The translations under genes were made by a program, and so were the position numbers. Below, piece by piece: positions 1-9,719 of a stretch of DNA of 32,000 nt. Source of the DNA: Moraxella nasovis (GTDB taxonomy: Bacteria; Pseudomonadota; Gammaproteobacteria; Pseudomonadales; Moraxellaceae); NCBI RefSeq assembly GCF_022701215.1, contig NZ_CP089976.1, positions 1,996,237 to 2,028,236 of the forward strand, written 5' to 3'. Every line of letters starts with the position of its first letter. Position 1 is the stretch's first letter. Under the pieces are notes generated by a model. It ran no database searches and was not told where the DNA came from. It saw only the letters and a list, made by a program, of their open reading frames with translations.

Positions 1-2916
1 AAAGAAACTGACCATACACCAGCACATAGATTGGTTGCACTTAGTTTAACCAGTGAGCAGATGTACAATCTGTTAAACCAAAAACGTCAAATATTAAAAA
101 ATAAGTCTGATAATCAAAGCTGGTTTGATAAAGCTATGGGGTTATTTAAAACACTATTAGATGTGCTACTACAAAAAGTGAAAGGGGATAAGTCTAAGCC
201 TATTAATGCACAGATTGATTTTTTGGTAAATAAACTAACAAAATTAGATGAGCATTATAGATTACAAAGTCTAAGACGCTCTGATAAGCTATGGGAGTAC
301 AGAAAGTTTATTACTGTACCTGCTAATAAAGCGGTGAAAGGGGCACTTGATGTGGGTAAATCAGTTACTGTGGCTGTATTTCCTAAAACACAGACTTATT
401 TTGATGCTGTGGTAAAAACACCATCACAGATTGCACGAGACATATCAAATGCCATCAATGCGTCAGATTCGTCTGATAAACCACTAGGCACACTAAGAGA
501 GCTGATGAATGAATATGGTACAACAACCATCATGCAAAAGCTTATGACTCGTATGCTAGCAACAACTCAAAGCATAGGACAAGAACGAGAGTTAACACGA
601 GCTTCTACCAAGAGTCAGTTACTGGCATTTTTTAAGGATAAGCCTACAGCAAACCAAGCACAAGCAATAACTAAGGGGCTATATGAGACAGACGCAAGTA
701 GCTTACTTAATTATCATGATATGGATACCACGCTTGGGTTAATCGTAAATCATAGCTTACGAGATGGGCGTATCACAGCGATACGTAATCAGATTACACA
801 TAACTTTCAGCTAAACTTAGATGAGATAAATGGGATTATTAAAGCAACAATGGTCGCTGCTCGTAAAATGTATGATGGGGCAACTTTAGCAGATTATTTC
901 TCAAATCCTGAGTTAATTGCCTTTACTTATAATAAACCAAATAATAAAGAATTAATTGGTTTAATTGATGAGCTAACCACGCTTACTGCGTTACGTTATT
1001 CACACGATGGTGTATATAAAAAAGCAGATATGAGTGAGCTTATCGCATTAATCCAAAATGATGAAGATGCCATTCGTCAAGTTTTAAAGCACCATCATAC
1101 GCATATGACTGCATTTAAAACACAAGAATTTGCATCAAATCCTTTTAGTTTTACCAAAGGCTATACACCTGAGCTATATGATGAGCTAAGAGCGGTAAAA
1201 GCTGTAACAGGTGAAGAGCTTCAAGAATACTTAAATAAAGGATGGGCGTTAGAAACACCTGATGGGATAAAACAAGATGACTTTGATGATACACATACAC
1301 GCTATTTGGTAACAACAGCAGATGCTGGTAAACCCCATTATCAATCAGGTGTGTTAGAGTTATCTGATACCCATGCTAAAGGTACGGTGGTTTATGAAGA
1401 TTCTATACAAGTTGCTCAGATAGTTAAAAAACAAATCAAAGAGCGAGCTTTACATAATAAAGAAGTAAGCTGGCAATCTTTTAGTCCTTTTGATGAAGAT
1501 ACAAATCCAAAGGGTAGATTTATTGCATCTTATAATCCAGATGGTTCAGTTGCAAATCTACATTATGAGATGGAATCTAAAACAAGAGATAGACTGCTAA
1601 ACCGTAATTTAAATTTTAGTGACATTATGGGTTCTATGGTAGGTAACACACAAGCCAAACAACCAATGAGAGAACATCAAAGAGATATTGTGCGTGCATT
1701 ACATAAAGACTATACAGATGCAATGAAATCACCAGATGCTAATATGTTGGATTTTTTGGTATTAACACCTGATTCTTCTGACCCACAAATTGCAGAGCAT
1801 TACAGATTACTACCTTATAGTTTTAAAGATGAAGCCAATAAGTTATTTGGATATAACCGTCCTATTTATATTCGTAAAGATATTTATAATATGGTACTAG
1901 GCTATAGACGAGTAAGTTTAGCTAATGTGTGGGATAAACCAGAAAACGAGCTTAATGAGTTTGAAAAACGATTTAAAAATCTGGTTACATCTAAATGGGG
2001 TGATAAAGCACGTGGTAGAGTGTTATGGACAGGTAAACATTGGGGTGCTTTAGTTAAACAAGTACAAAAATCTTGGGTAGTACGTAATCCATCTACATTA
2101 AAAGGTAATGTGATTTCTAATGCACTACTGTTAAGCTTAAAAGGTGTAAATCCAAAAGAAGTGATAACAGGTCATGTACGAGTATGGAAACATGGTAAAG
2201 AGTATCGTGACCTTGTCACTAAGGTAGCTCGTATTAAGGTACAACTAGAAGCAGGTACAGCTAATCAAGACCATCTACTAAGACAGCTAACAAACCTAAC
2301 AGCAAGCATTAATTCACATTATTTACATAAGTTTATGCAAGCTGGTTTGATGAGTACGATTGTAGAAGACATTTCAGATGATAAAGGTCAATACACGTCA
2401 GCTTTAACGCGTAAGTTAGATAAATTTTATAATAATTTACCTAAGCCTTTAAAAGCTACGTTAGATTTTGTGTTTATTACTGAAGATTCTAAGTTGTATA
2501 AAGCTCTTTATGATGCAACGCAATTTAGTGACTTTGCTGCTAAAGTGTTATTAATGGAGCAATTAATGAAAGAAGGACATAGTTTTAATTATGCTTATAG
2601 TGAAGCTCAAGATGCCTTTATTGCTTTTGATGTGCCTACCAGTAAGTATATGGATTATGCAAATCGTATTGGTTTATTTATGTTTACTAAGTGGGCAATA
2701 CGCTTTCAACGAGTGCTTGAAAAGCAATTTAAGAAAACACCAGCATCTGTCATAATGCAACACCTGTTAATAGAGAAGTTTACTGATGAAGCAGGTATTG
2801 CTAATCCTTGGGTAGGATTTGATATTATCTCTGGGAATACTGGTTTAGAAGATGGTGCATTTGGTTTATTAGATGCCTATTTACATACGCCTGTGATAGA
2901 CCATATCGTTGATTAG
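1..2916 (+). CDS. Large hypothetical protein, 5'-partial (at least 971 codons); probably island or prophage encoded, function unknown
   Basis: Frame 1 is open from base 1 (no stop before the TTG at 31) and runs uninterrupted to TAG 2914-2916. A perfect 12-bp-stem terminator follows. I could not assign any catalytic motif. Confidence 0.8.
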   Translation, partial: KETDHTPAHRLVALSLTSEQMYNLLNQKRQILKNKSDNQSWFDKAMGLFKTLLDVLLQKVKGDKSKPINAQIDFLVNKLTKLDEHYRLQSLRRSDKLWEYRKFITVPANKAVKGALDVGKSVTVAVFPKTQTYFDAVVKTPSQIARDISNAINASDSSDKPLGTLRELMNEYGTTTIMQKLMTRMLATTQSIGQERELTRASTKSQLLAFFKDKPTANQAQAITKGLYETDASSLLNYHDMDTTLGLIVNHSLRDGRITAIRNQITHNFQLNLDEINGIIKATMVAARKMYDGATLADYFSNPELIAFTYNKPNNKELIGLIDELTTLTALRYSHDGVYKKADMSELIALIQNDEDAIRQVLKHHHTHMTAFKTQEFASNPFSFTKGYTPELYDELRAVKAVTGEELQEYLNKGWALETPDGIKQDDFDDTHTRYLVTTADAGKPHYQSGVLELSDTHAKGTVVYEDSIQVAQIVKKQIKERALHNKEVSWQSFSPFDEDTNPKGRFIASYNPDGSVANLHYEMESKTRDRLLNRNLNFSDIMGSMVGNTQAKQPMREHQRDIVRALHKDYTDAMKSPDANMLDFLVLTPDSSDPQIAEHYRLLPYSFKDEANKLFGYNRPIYIRKDIYNMVLGYRRVSLANVWDKPENELNEFEKRFKNLVTSKWGDKARGRVLWTGKHWGALVKQVQKSWVVRNPSTLKGNVISNALLLSLKGVNPKEVITGHVRVWKHGKEYRDLVTKVARIKVQLEAGTANQDHLLRQLTNLTASINSHYLHKFMQAGLMSTIVEDISDDKGQYTSALTRKLDKFYNNLPKPLKATLDFVFITEDSKLYKALYDATQFSDFAAKVLLMEQLMKEGHSFNYAYSEAQDAFIAFDVPTSKYMDYANRIGLFMFTKWAIRFQRVLEKQFKKTPASVIMQHLLIEKFTDEAGIANPWVGFDIISGNTGLEDGAFGLLDAYLHTPVIDHIVD

Positions 2917-2940
2917 GGAAAAACCATAATAAAATAAATT

Positions 2941-2971
2941 AAATAAACCCACTTAATTGGTGGGTTTATTT
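2941..2971. terminator. Bidirectional intrinsic terminator hairpin between convergent genes
   Basis: AAATAAACCCAC (2941-2952) and GTGGGTTTATTT (2960-2971) are perfect reverse complements with a 7-nt loop. A/T runs flank both sides. Confidence 0.8.
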
Positions 2972-2995
2972 ATTATATGGTTTACAAATTATGGG

Positions 2996-3331
2996 TTAGT
3001 TAGCACTAAAAACTTTATCTAAGTTTACCCCATGAACTACTAACCATGCTTGAGCAGGGTAGCTATTGACTGTTAAACGTCCTACTTCTACTTGGTGGAA
3101 TTCCAGCTCATTTTCTAAACAGTAGTGACGTAAACTATGCCATGAGTAAGATTGTCCTGTAATATTACTAACTTCAGAAGTAGATGCAGAAGGTACTTTA
3201 AACTTAAGGGGTTCAGCTGGTTTATCTGATTCATCAGCTAGTACTTCGTTAGTTAGATAATCTATCATAATTTGAATCGCATTTCGTACTTCATCTTTTG
3301 AATAAATGTGGTTTAGCGTGGTCATTGACAT
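2996..3331 (-). CDS. Hypothetical small protein (111 aa) co-oriented with and downstream of the integrase
   Basis: ATG at 3331 is preceded by a GGAG Shine-Dalgarno (reverse complement of 3338-3343). It sits 28 bp downstream of the integrase stop. No recognisable motif. Confidence 0.65.
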   Translation of the reverse strand: MSMTTLNHIYSKDEVRNAIQIMIDYLTNEVLADESDKPAEPLKFKVPSASTSEVSNITGQSYSWHSLRHYCLENELEFHQVEVGRLTVNSYPAQAWLVVHGVNLDKVFSAN

Positions 3332-3359
3332 AATAACTCCTTAGTTTTGTTGATTAAAA

Positions 3360-4265
3360 TTAAAGTTTAGTTGCTTGTTGTTTTAGACTATTCAAATAAT
3401 TAAACCACAAGCGATAAGCATTGGTTTGTTCAGGTAAGTAATGGTAATGGTCGTAAACACTACGAATACCTGTGACTTGATGCCCTAGCATCATCTCAGC
3501 AACTGTAAGTGACGTAAAACTACTAAATCTAGTTCTTGCTGTGCGTCTTAGGTCGTGAATACACCAAGGCTTCATCACATAGTGATACTGCTGATTTAGG
3601 TGTTGTCTGATACGTAGGGGTATTAAATTAGCCCAAGTGCGGGCTATAGGCTCATTAGCAGATATTTTCTTAATTTGACGATTGCAAAGCAGTAATTCAT
3701 TACCACTTAAAGCAATTAACTCATCAATAACTGCCAAAGATTCGTCCAGTATGGGACGAAAGATAGGCGTGTGGGTACGATACCCCATCTTATGGTTAGA
3801 CTGTGGTACAGTCCAAACCATCTGGATAAAATCAAAATCAGCCTTACGAGCTAATCTTAACTCTCCATTACGACAACCGTACAACAAAAGAAACTGAATG
3901 GCTAGACAGTTACGTTTAAATAAAGCACCATCTTGTAGTGCTTTAAATAACCATATCAATTCTTCATCATTCAGTACTCTTGACTTTTGTGGTTTTACAA
4001 TCCCAAAATCAGCATAAGCGGTTAATTCTTTTAAGGGATTAGTAGTGATATAGCCGTGAGTTACGCACCATTTCATTACCATACGAGCATAGATTAAAAT
4101 TCTGTTGGCTATGCTAGGGGATTTTTGTTTAACTTCATCAATCAAACTGACCCAAAAACTCGTGCTAAGCTTATCTACAGGTATATCACCATATTTTTTT
4201 GAGGGGGGTTGATGTTGGATAAAAATATGGCATGGAGGCGGTAGGTGAAGTGGTTTGATGGGCAT
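3360..4265 (-). CDS. Tyrosine recombinase (phage/P4-family-like integrase) lacking an N-terminal arm-binding region
   Basis: Catalytic signature is present: R in GCRNGELRLARKADF, HDLRRTARTR (HxxR), and LGHQ...VYDHYHY (H and Y). The core-binding-like segment is IANRILIYARMVMKWCVTHGYITTNPLKEL. An in-frame TAA lies 5 codons upstream of the ATG at 4265, so no longer N-terminus is encoded. Confidence 0.85.
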   Translation of the reverse strand: MPIKPLHLPPPCHIFIQHQPPSKKYGDIPVDKLSTSFWVSLIDEVKQKSPSIANRILIYARMVMKWCVTHGYITTNPLKELTAYADFGIVKPQKSRVLNDEELIWLFKALQDGALFKRNCLAIQFLLLYGCRNGELRLARKADFDFIQMVWTVPQSNHKMGYRTHTPIFRPILDESLAVIDELIALSGNELLLCNRQIKKISANEPIARTWANLIPLRIRQHLNQQYHYVMKPWCIHDLRRTARTRFSSFTSLTVAEMMLGHQVTGIRSVYDHYHYLPEQTNAYRLWFNYLNSLKQQATKL

Positions 4266-4308
4266 CGTGATGATCGATTATTGTTCATGATGGGTTAAGC
4301 TGATGGTT

Positions 4309-4698
4309 TTATCTTGGCTGATGTTTGTGTGTTGTTTGGCGTGGTTTTTTGTGGGTAGGCTTGATATGTACCTTAACGATGCCTTGTGATAACGGTGCAA
4401 GATGTGAGAACGCTTTTTTGGTCAAATCAATACGACCTGATTTACCGATACGGTCATTGACTTTGCAGATGATGGATTTGCCATTTTTTGCGTTGATGAC
4501 TTTAACATAACTGCCAAGTTTGAACTGGTTGGACGCACAAGTCATGCCTTGATTGCTAAATCGCTCGCCATTGGCGGTTTTGCGTCCATTGAATTTATCG
4601 GCATAATAAGAGGCGGTTGCTGCTTGAGCGTGAATGGAGAGCGTGGTCAGTGCAATTGCCAAAAAAGCAGCAAAATAACTTTTTAAAGAATGATTCAT
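4309..4698 (-). CDS. RlpA-family double-psi beta-barrel (DPBB) secreted protein
   Basis: N-terminal signal peptide (FLAIALTTLSIHAQA). The segment ASYYADKFNGRKTANGERF...KVNDRIGKSGRIDL matches the RlpA-like DPBB pattern. Confidence 0.8.
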   Translation of the reverse strand: MNHSLKSYFAAFLAIALTTLSIHAQAATASYYADKFNGRKTANGERFSNQGMTCASNQFKLGSYVKVINAKNGKSIICKVNDRIGKSGRIDLTKKAFSHLAPLSQGIVKVHIKPTHKKPRQTTHKHQPR

Positions 4699-4973
4699 AA
4701 TATTTGTTGGTTACAATGAATGGTCATTATACTAGATGATAAATTGTATTTGCAAATAATATGCCATAGCTTTACTTTGTCATCACAAAAAGATAAGGTT
4801 TGGGAAATATTGTTAAAAACGATGATTCAAAAACCACTATTTAAAAATAAGCCATCTTAAATCATAACCTACCTTAAATCAAATCTACCCTACCTAATGC
4901 AAAAAGCACTACTTAAAAGCACTCAAATTGCAAAGATGAATTGGTAGGTTGAGAATAACTATGTGTGGTGATG

Positions 4974-5002
4974 TTGCAGTGGTATGATGAATTGTTTATA
5001 AT
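4974..5002 (+). promoter_or_regulatory. Candidate sigma70 promoter for pgk
   Basis: TTGCAG (4974-4979), a 17-nt spacer, then TATAAT (4997-5002), about 55 nt upstream of the pgk start. Confidence 0.4.
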
Positions 5003-5057
5003 ATTTGGATATCTTTTATCATTATTTTTTATTATCATTAACAAAGGGTGTTAGGCT

Positions 5058-6266
5058 GTGGCAATTTTATCTATGCAGGATTTGGATTTATTAGGCAAGC
5101 GTGTGCTGATTCGTGAAGATTTGAATGTGCCGATTAAAGACGGCGTAATTACAAGTGATATACGTCTTAAAGCTGCTATTCCTACCGTTGAAGAAGCCTT
5201 GAAAAAAGGAGCAGCAGTTATTGTGGCATCGCATTTAGGTCGTCCAACTGAAGGGGAAAAGGAGCAAAAATACTCGCTTAAGCCTGTGGCAGATTATTTG
5301 GCAAAAAACTTAGATTACCCTGTGTCTTTTTCAAATGACTACCTAGAGCATGGCGTAGACGCTAAGGCAGGCGAGCTGATAGTACTAGAAAACGTACGTT
5401 TTAACCAAGGCGAAAAGAAAAACAGCGAAACACTATCTAAACAATATGCCGATTTGTGTGACGTTTTCGTGATGGACGCATTTGGCACGGCACACAGAGC
5501 CCAAGCATCAACCGAAGGGGTTATTCGTGCAGCTGCTCGTGACGGTAAGCCTGTGTGTGCTGGTAATCTTTTATCAACGGAACTATCAGCACTGGCTACC
5601 GCACTAAATCAGCCAAAGCCACCTGTGCTTGCCATTGTTGGTGGCTCAAAAGTATCTACCAAGCTTGATGTGTTATTAAGCCTAGCTAAGATATGCGATA
5701 GTATTGTTGTGGGCGGTGGTATTGCCAATACGTTTTTGGCAGCCCAAGGGGTGAATGTCGGTGCATCACTATATGAGCCTGACTTGATTGACACTGCTAA
5801 GGCTATCATGACGCAGACAAACATTTTATTACCAGATTATGTCGTTGTCGCTGATAAAGCCCAGATTGATTTTGATGACTTTTTAGGTTCACTTTCTAAG
5901 GCAGATGCAGTCGTTAAGTCTGTTACTGAAATAGGCGAAAATGATATGATTTTAGACATTGCCAAACAAAGTGCTGAAAAAATTGGCGATGCGATTAAAA
6001 ATGCCAAAACCATACTTTGGAATGGACCTGTGGGCGTCTTTGAAGTGGATAAATTTGGTATAGGTACACAGATTTTGTCTTTGGCAGTAAAAGACAGTGA
6101 TGCTTTTAGTATTGCAGGTGGTGGTGATACATTGGCAGCAATTGATAAATATGGCGTAGCAGATGATGTCAGTTATCTATCCACAGGCGGTGGGGCGTTT
6201 TTAGAGTTTGTTGAAGGTAAGACTTTGCCTGCCATTGCAGCATTAGAAGAGTTTGTTGCCAAATAA
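5058..6266 (+). CDS. pgk: Phosphoglycerate kinase
   Basis: [25 protein letters not shown]...SHLGRPTEG parallels the E. coli Pgk N-terminus. GTG start sits 7 nt after AAGGGTG. Typical length of 402 aa. Confidence 0.96.
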   Translation: MAILSMQDLDLLGKRVLIREDLNVPIKDGVITSDIRLKAAIPTVEEALKKGAAVIVASHLGRPTEGEKEQKYSLKPVADYLAKNLDYPVSFSNDYLEHGVDAKAGELIVLENVRFNQGEKKNSETLSKQYADLCDVFVMDAFGTAHRAQASTEGVIRAAARDGKPVCAGNLLSTELSALATALNQPKPPVLAIVGGSKVSTKLDVLLSLAKICDSIVVGGGIANTFLAAQGVNVGASLYEPDLIDTAKAIMTQTNILLPDYVVVADKAQIDFDDFLGSLSKADAVVKSVTEIGENDMILDIAKQSAEKIGDAIKNAKTILWNGPVGVFEVDKFGIGTQILSLAVKDSDAFSIAGGGDTLAAIDKYGVADDVSYLSTGGGAFLEFVEGKTLPAIAALEEFVAK

Positions 6267-6428
6267 ATTGAAATAATTTTATTTTATATTAAGCTAAAAA
6301 TCATTAATAGGTTAAATTATTGTAATGTTTTGTATTTAGACGGTAAAATCTATTGCAAATCATTGCAAATTTACCTATGATAGCATATTGTTTGATATAG
6401 ATTACACGTTTAACTAGGTAGGTTTATC

Positions 6429-6683
6429 ATGAAAAAATTAGCTATATTTGGAGCGATGGTGGCACTTGTGGCTTTGACAGCGTGCAGTCAAGAGACACAA
6501 GATAAAGCTGCTGAAGCTGTAGATTCAGCGAAAACAGATACTGCTGAAGTTGCTAAGCAAGCAGAAGCCGCAGCTCAAGGTGTTGCAGATGAAGCTGTCG
6601 CTGTCGCTCAAGATGTTAGCAGCGAAGTTGCAGCAGCAGAGAATACCGCAGAAAGCCAAGTGCCAGAAGATCAAAAATACTAA
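6429..6683 (+). CDS. Small Ala/Glu-rich lipoprotein (84 aa)
   Basis: Signal peptide with lipobox LTAC (MKKLAIFGAMVALVALTAC). The mature part is low-complexity and A/E/V-rich. A terminator follows. Confidence 0.75.
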   Translation: MKKLAIFGAMVALVALTACSQETQDKAAEAVDSAKTDTAEVAKQAEAAAQGVADEAVAVAQDVSSEVAAAENTAESQVPEDQKY

Positions 6684-6720
6684 GCTTGGCTACTTGGTAT
6701 GTTAAGCTAACAGCGTACTA

Positions 6721-6746
6721 AGCTCGACTTATCGTCGGGCTTTTTT
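6721..6746 (+). terminator. Intrinsic terminator after the lipoprotein gene
   Basis: AGCTCGAC / GTCGGGCT form an 8-bp stem (one G.U pair) with a 5-nt loop, followed by a T6 run (6741-6746). Confidence 0.7.
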
Positions 6747-6822
6747 GTTGATTAGTCATGCAAGACAGCTTATTATTTGGTATAATACCAGGTAAATTTA
6801 TCACTATCTTAAGGAGAATTTC

Positions 6823-7860
6823 ATGGCACTCGTATCACTACGCCAATTACTTGATCATGCAGGCGAACACGCTTATGGCTTACCCGCCTTTAATGTCAAT
6901 AACTTAGAGCAAATGCGTGCCATTATGATGGCGGCTGATGAGACCGACTCACCAGTCATTGTCCAAGCATCGGCAGGTGCCAGAAAATATGCAGGCGCAC
7001 CTTTTTTGCGTCATTTGATTTTATCTGCCATTGAAGAGTGGCCACACATTCCTGTGGTCATGCACCAAGACCACGGCACAAGCCCAGCTGTCTGTCAGCG
7101 TTCTATTCAGCTTGGATTTAGTTCGGTGATGATGGACGGCTCACTACGTGAAGACGGCAAAACTCCTGCTGATTATGAATATAACGTCGCCGTTACTCGT
7201 GAAGTGGTCAAGATGGCTCATGCGTGTGGTGTGTCGGTTGAAGGCGAAATTGGCTGTTTGGGTAGCTTAGAAACTGGCATGGCAGGCGAAGAAGACGGCG
7301 TGGGTGCAGAAGGGGTGTTAGATCATAGCCAATTATTGACCTCAGTAGAAGAAGCTCGTCAATTTGTATCAGACACGAACGTTGACGCTTTGGCGATTGC
7401 TGTGGGGACATCGCACGGTGCTTATAAATTCACACGACCACCAACAGGCGATATTTTGGCAATAGACCGCATTAAAGAGATTCACGAAGCCCTACCAAAT
7501 ACGCATTTGGTCATGCACGGCTCATCTAGCGTGCCACAAGAATGGCTACAAATCATCAATGAAAATGGTGGTAATATCGGTGAGACTTATGGCGTGCCTG
7601 TTGAGCAGTTGGTTGATGCCATCAAACATGGCGTGCGTAAGATTAACATTGATACCGATTTGCGTTTGGCAAGCACTGGGGCTATTCGTCAATTTTTAAA
7701 TGAACACCCTGCTGAATTTGACCCACGCAAATATCTAACTGCATCTATCAATGCCATGAAAGACATCTGTGTGGCACGTTATGAAGCCTTTGGTTCGGCA
7801 GGCAATGCCAGTAAGATTCGCCCCATCTCGCTTGAAAAAATGGTAGATTATTATAATTAA
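6823..7860 (+). CDS. fba: Fructose-bisphosphate aldolase, class II
   Basis: Class II aldolase motifs are present: [49 protein letters not shown]. Length is 345 aa and GGAG lies upstream of the ATG. Confidence 0.95.
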   Translation: MALVSLRQLLDHAGEHAYGLPAFNVNNLEQMRAIMMAADETDSPVIVQASAGARKYAGAPFLRHLILSAIEEWPHIPVVMHQDHGTSPAVCQRSIQLGFSSVMMDGSLREDGKTPADYEYNVAVTREVVKMAHACGVSVEGEIGCLGSLETGMAGEEDGVGAEGVLDHSQLLTSVEEARQFVSDTNVDALAIAVGTSHGAYKFTRPPTGDILAIDRIKEIHEALPNTHLVMHGSSSVPQEWLQIINENGGNIGETYGVPVEQLVDAIKHGVRKINIDTDLRLASTGAIRQFLNEHPAEFDPRKYLTASINAMKDICVARYEAFGSAGNASKIRPISLEKMVDYYN

Positions 7861-7872
7861 GCTATTGCTTTT

Positions 7873-7905
7873 TATAAAACCCAGCTTTTTTTGTTGGGTT
7901 TTATA
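7873..7905 (+). terminator. Intrinsic terminator after fba
   Basis: TATAAAACCCA (7873-7883) pairs with TGGGTTTTATA (7895-7905). The loop and flanks are T-rich. Confidence 0.75.
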
Positions 7906-7926
7906 GTTTTAAGACAAAGGATTTTT

Positions 7927-8550
7927 ATGATTGCAATGATTACAGGGCAAGTGCAATACCTAAATGCACCATTTGCTTGTATTATGACAACGCACGGCGT
8001 TGGCTATGAGATTGAGTTGCCCATCCCTGCATTTTGTACATTAGCGGTGGGTGCTCAAGCGTCACTTTTTACGCATTTACACGTGCGTGAAGATGCGCAG
8101 CTGCTTTTTGGGTTCATAAGTCAGACCGAACGAGATACATTTCGAAAGCTTATTAAGATTACAGGTGTGGGGGCAAAAATGGCGGTGGCAATCTTATCCA
8201 CGCTATCGGTTGATGAACTTCGCCAAGCAGTCGAATGTAATAATGATGCAGCTTTGGTTCGTGTCCCCGGCATTGGCAAAAAAACCGCTCAGCGTCTAGT
8301 GATAGACTTAAAAGGCAAACTTACGCAGTTTGGCGGTGGGATACTTGATGGTCAAGGTGAATTTTTTGATGTTGGCGTGATAGGCGATACCACCATGAGA
8401 GTGATTGCTGAAGTGGAGAGTGCTTTGGTTAGCTTAGGCTATAAAGAAAAAGAAGCTCAAAAAGCGATTAAAAACGCCCAGCAGGATTTGGACGATATAA
8501 ATACCCAAACCCTACTAAAAGCCGCTTTAAAGGCTCTGTCTGGATTCTGA
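7927..8550 (+). CDS. ruvA: Holliday junction branch-migration complex subunit RuvA
   Basis: M(IAM)ITGQV..., HVREDAQLLFGF, and HhH motifs ITGVGAKMAVAILS and VPGIGKKTAQRLV, plus C-terminal domain III (ALVSLGYKEKEAQKAI). ATG 7927 follows AAGGA. The upstream part of the tracked ORF overlaps the fba terminator. Confidence 0.93.
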   Translation: MIAMITGQVQYLNAPFACIMTTHGVGYEIELPIPAFCTLAVGAQASLFTHLHVREDAQLLFGFISQTERDTFRKLIKITGVGAKMAVAILSTLSVDELRQAVECNNDAALVRVPGIGKKTAQRLVIDLKGKLTQFGGGILDGQGEFFDVGVIGDTTMRVIAEVESALVSLGYKEKEAQKAIKNAQQDLDDINTQTLLKAALKALSGF

Positions 8551-9429
8551 TTCATAGGGGTATTGCACTTGCAGCAGGTCTATAAGTGCTTGGGTGCTGC
8601 CAGAACGAGTTAGATTTGGGTTGGTCACCACGCCTAAGTGACGCTGTAATTCAATATCGTCTGCCATGTCAATCTTGACCAAATCTTGATTGATTAAAGT
8701 CTCTGGCAATACCGACCAGCCTAAGCCTATTGAGACAAGCATACGTATGGATTCAAGTGGATTGGTACTCATTGTGGCATAAGGACGTAAATTGTGCTTA
8801 CCAAATTCTGCCAAAGTGATTTGACTGGTAAAGGTATTTGCCGCAGGCAATATGGCAGGGTGATGGGCAAGCTGTAAAAGGCTGACGTCGCTTTTTTGGG
8901 CAAGTGTGCTGAGCGTCCCTGTTACAAAATACAGCGGATCTGACCATAGTGTATGGTACTGCAATCTGCGATCATAGGTAGGCGGTAGGGTTAAGAATGC
9001 TAAAGCAACATCACCATCGAGTACGGCTTTATGTGCCTCTTCACTATCCATAAATCGCACTTCAAGCTGTACAGCAGGGTGGGTTTGGATAAATTGCTTA
9101 AGCACAGAAGAAAGATGGTGCAATCCGATATGGTGGCTTGTGCCGATAACAAGCTTCCCTGCAGCGATTTCCTTAGATTTTTGTAAATGAATGCGGCATA
9201 ACTCATAGTCTTCAAGCCATTTTTTGGCATGGGGTAATAATTCATGTGCGGTCGCTGTTGGAATAATGCCTCGACCGACTGTATCAAAGAGTGTTACGCC
9301 AAATTCTTCTTCTAGGTTTTTGATGCGTTTACTGACAGCAGGCTGGGTGATGAATAAGTTCTCGGCTGCACCAGAGATACTGCCCGTTTTCATCACGGTA
9401 ATAAAAGTAGTTAGATTTGTAGTATTCAT
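8527..9429 (-). CDS. LysR-family transcriptional regulator, divergent from leuC
   Basis: N-terminal wHTH FITVMKTGSISGAAENLFITQPAVSKRIKNLEEEFGVTLFD. ATG at 9429 has an AAGGA Shine-Dalgarno 8-9 nt upstream. The 3' end overlaps the ruvA 3' end by 24 bp. Confidence 0.9.
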   Translation of the reverse strand: MNTTNLTTFITVMKTGSISGAAENLFITQPAVSKRIKNLEEEFGVTLFDTVGRGIIPTATAHELLPHAKKWLEDYELCRIHLQKSKEIAAGKLVIGTSHHIGLHHLSSVLKQFIQTHPAVQLEVRFMDSEEAHKAVLDGDVALAFLTLPPTYDRRLQYHTLWSDPLYFVTGTLSTLAQKSDVSLLQLAHHPAILPAANTFTSQITLAEFGKHNLRPYATMSTNPLESIRMLVSIGLGWSVLPETLINQDLVKIDMADDIELQRHLGVVTNPNLTRSGSTQALIDLLQVQYPYESESRQSL

Positions 9430-9719
9430 GAAGATAGTCCTTATTTTCATAATAGAAAGCAGTATTATAATAAATTTTTTGTTATAGATAAACCAATTTC
9501 TAGAAATTTTAGTTAAAATTAATCATTTTCTTATAATTAGCTAAACTTTATATTTTATATTCGACTTTATATTTATAAAAATAAGGAATTAAAAAAATAA
9601 AAAATAATAAATAATTATTATTATAAAGCTATGCTATACTGCTTTTAAACAAACTATAGCCTAGCTTTAAACACACCCCAACTTACGCTTGCTAAGATAT
9701 AGACATAACGGAGCAACTC

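Larger units (their letters stand above)
1..4265. mobile_element. Right-hand end of a prophage or integrative island (large ORF, small ORF, integrase); the left end lies outside the window
   Basis: An integrase gene lies at the edge next to housekeeping genes (rlpA-like, pgk). A large unassignable ORF is convergent on the integrase module. No att repeat or tRNA target could be identified in the window. Confidence 0.5.

Noticed and set aside
4856-4895. Imperfect direct repeats CTTAAATCA(T/A)A..CTACC upstream of pgk considered as an att scar of the island
   Set aside because: They lie about 600 bp from the integrase with a host gene in between, are short and imperfect, and have no partner copy visible in the window.
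7891-7926. Longer RuvA start at TTG 7891
   Set aside because: It overlaps the fba terminator hairpin. ATG 7927 has an AAGGA Shine-Dalgarno and gives the canonical RuvA N-terminus.
8527-8550. 24-bp convergent overlap of the ruvA and LysR-regulator 3' ends
   Set aside because: Both ORFs are well supported. A short convergent overlap is unusual but needs no special explanation. It could also reflect a slightly earlier true stop usage. There are no further signals.
9451-9719. Extremely AT-rich 270-bp LysR-leuC intergenic region inspected for a leucine leader peptide or attenuator
   Set aside because: No Leu-codon-rich mini-ORF or terminator/antiterminator pair was seen. It is probably a divergent promoter region with LysR-type control.
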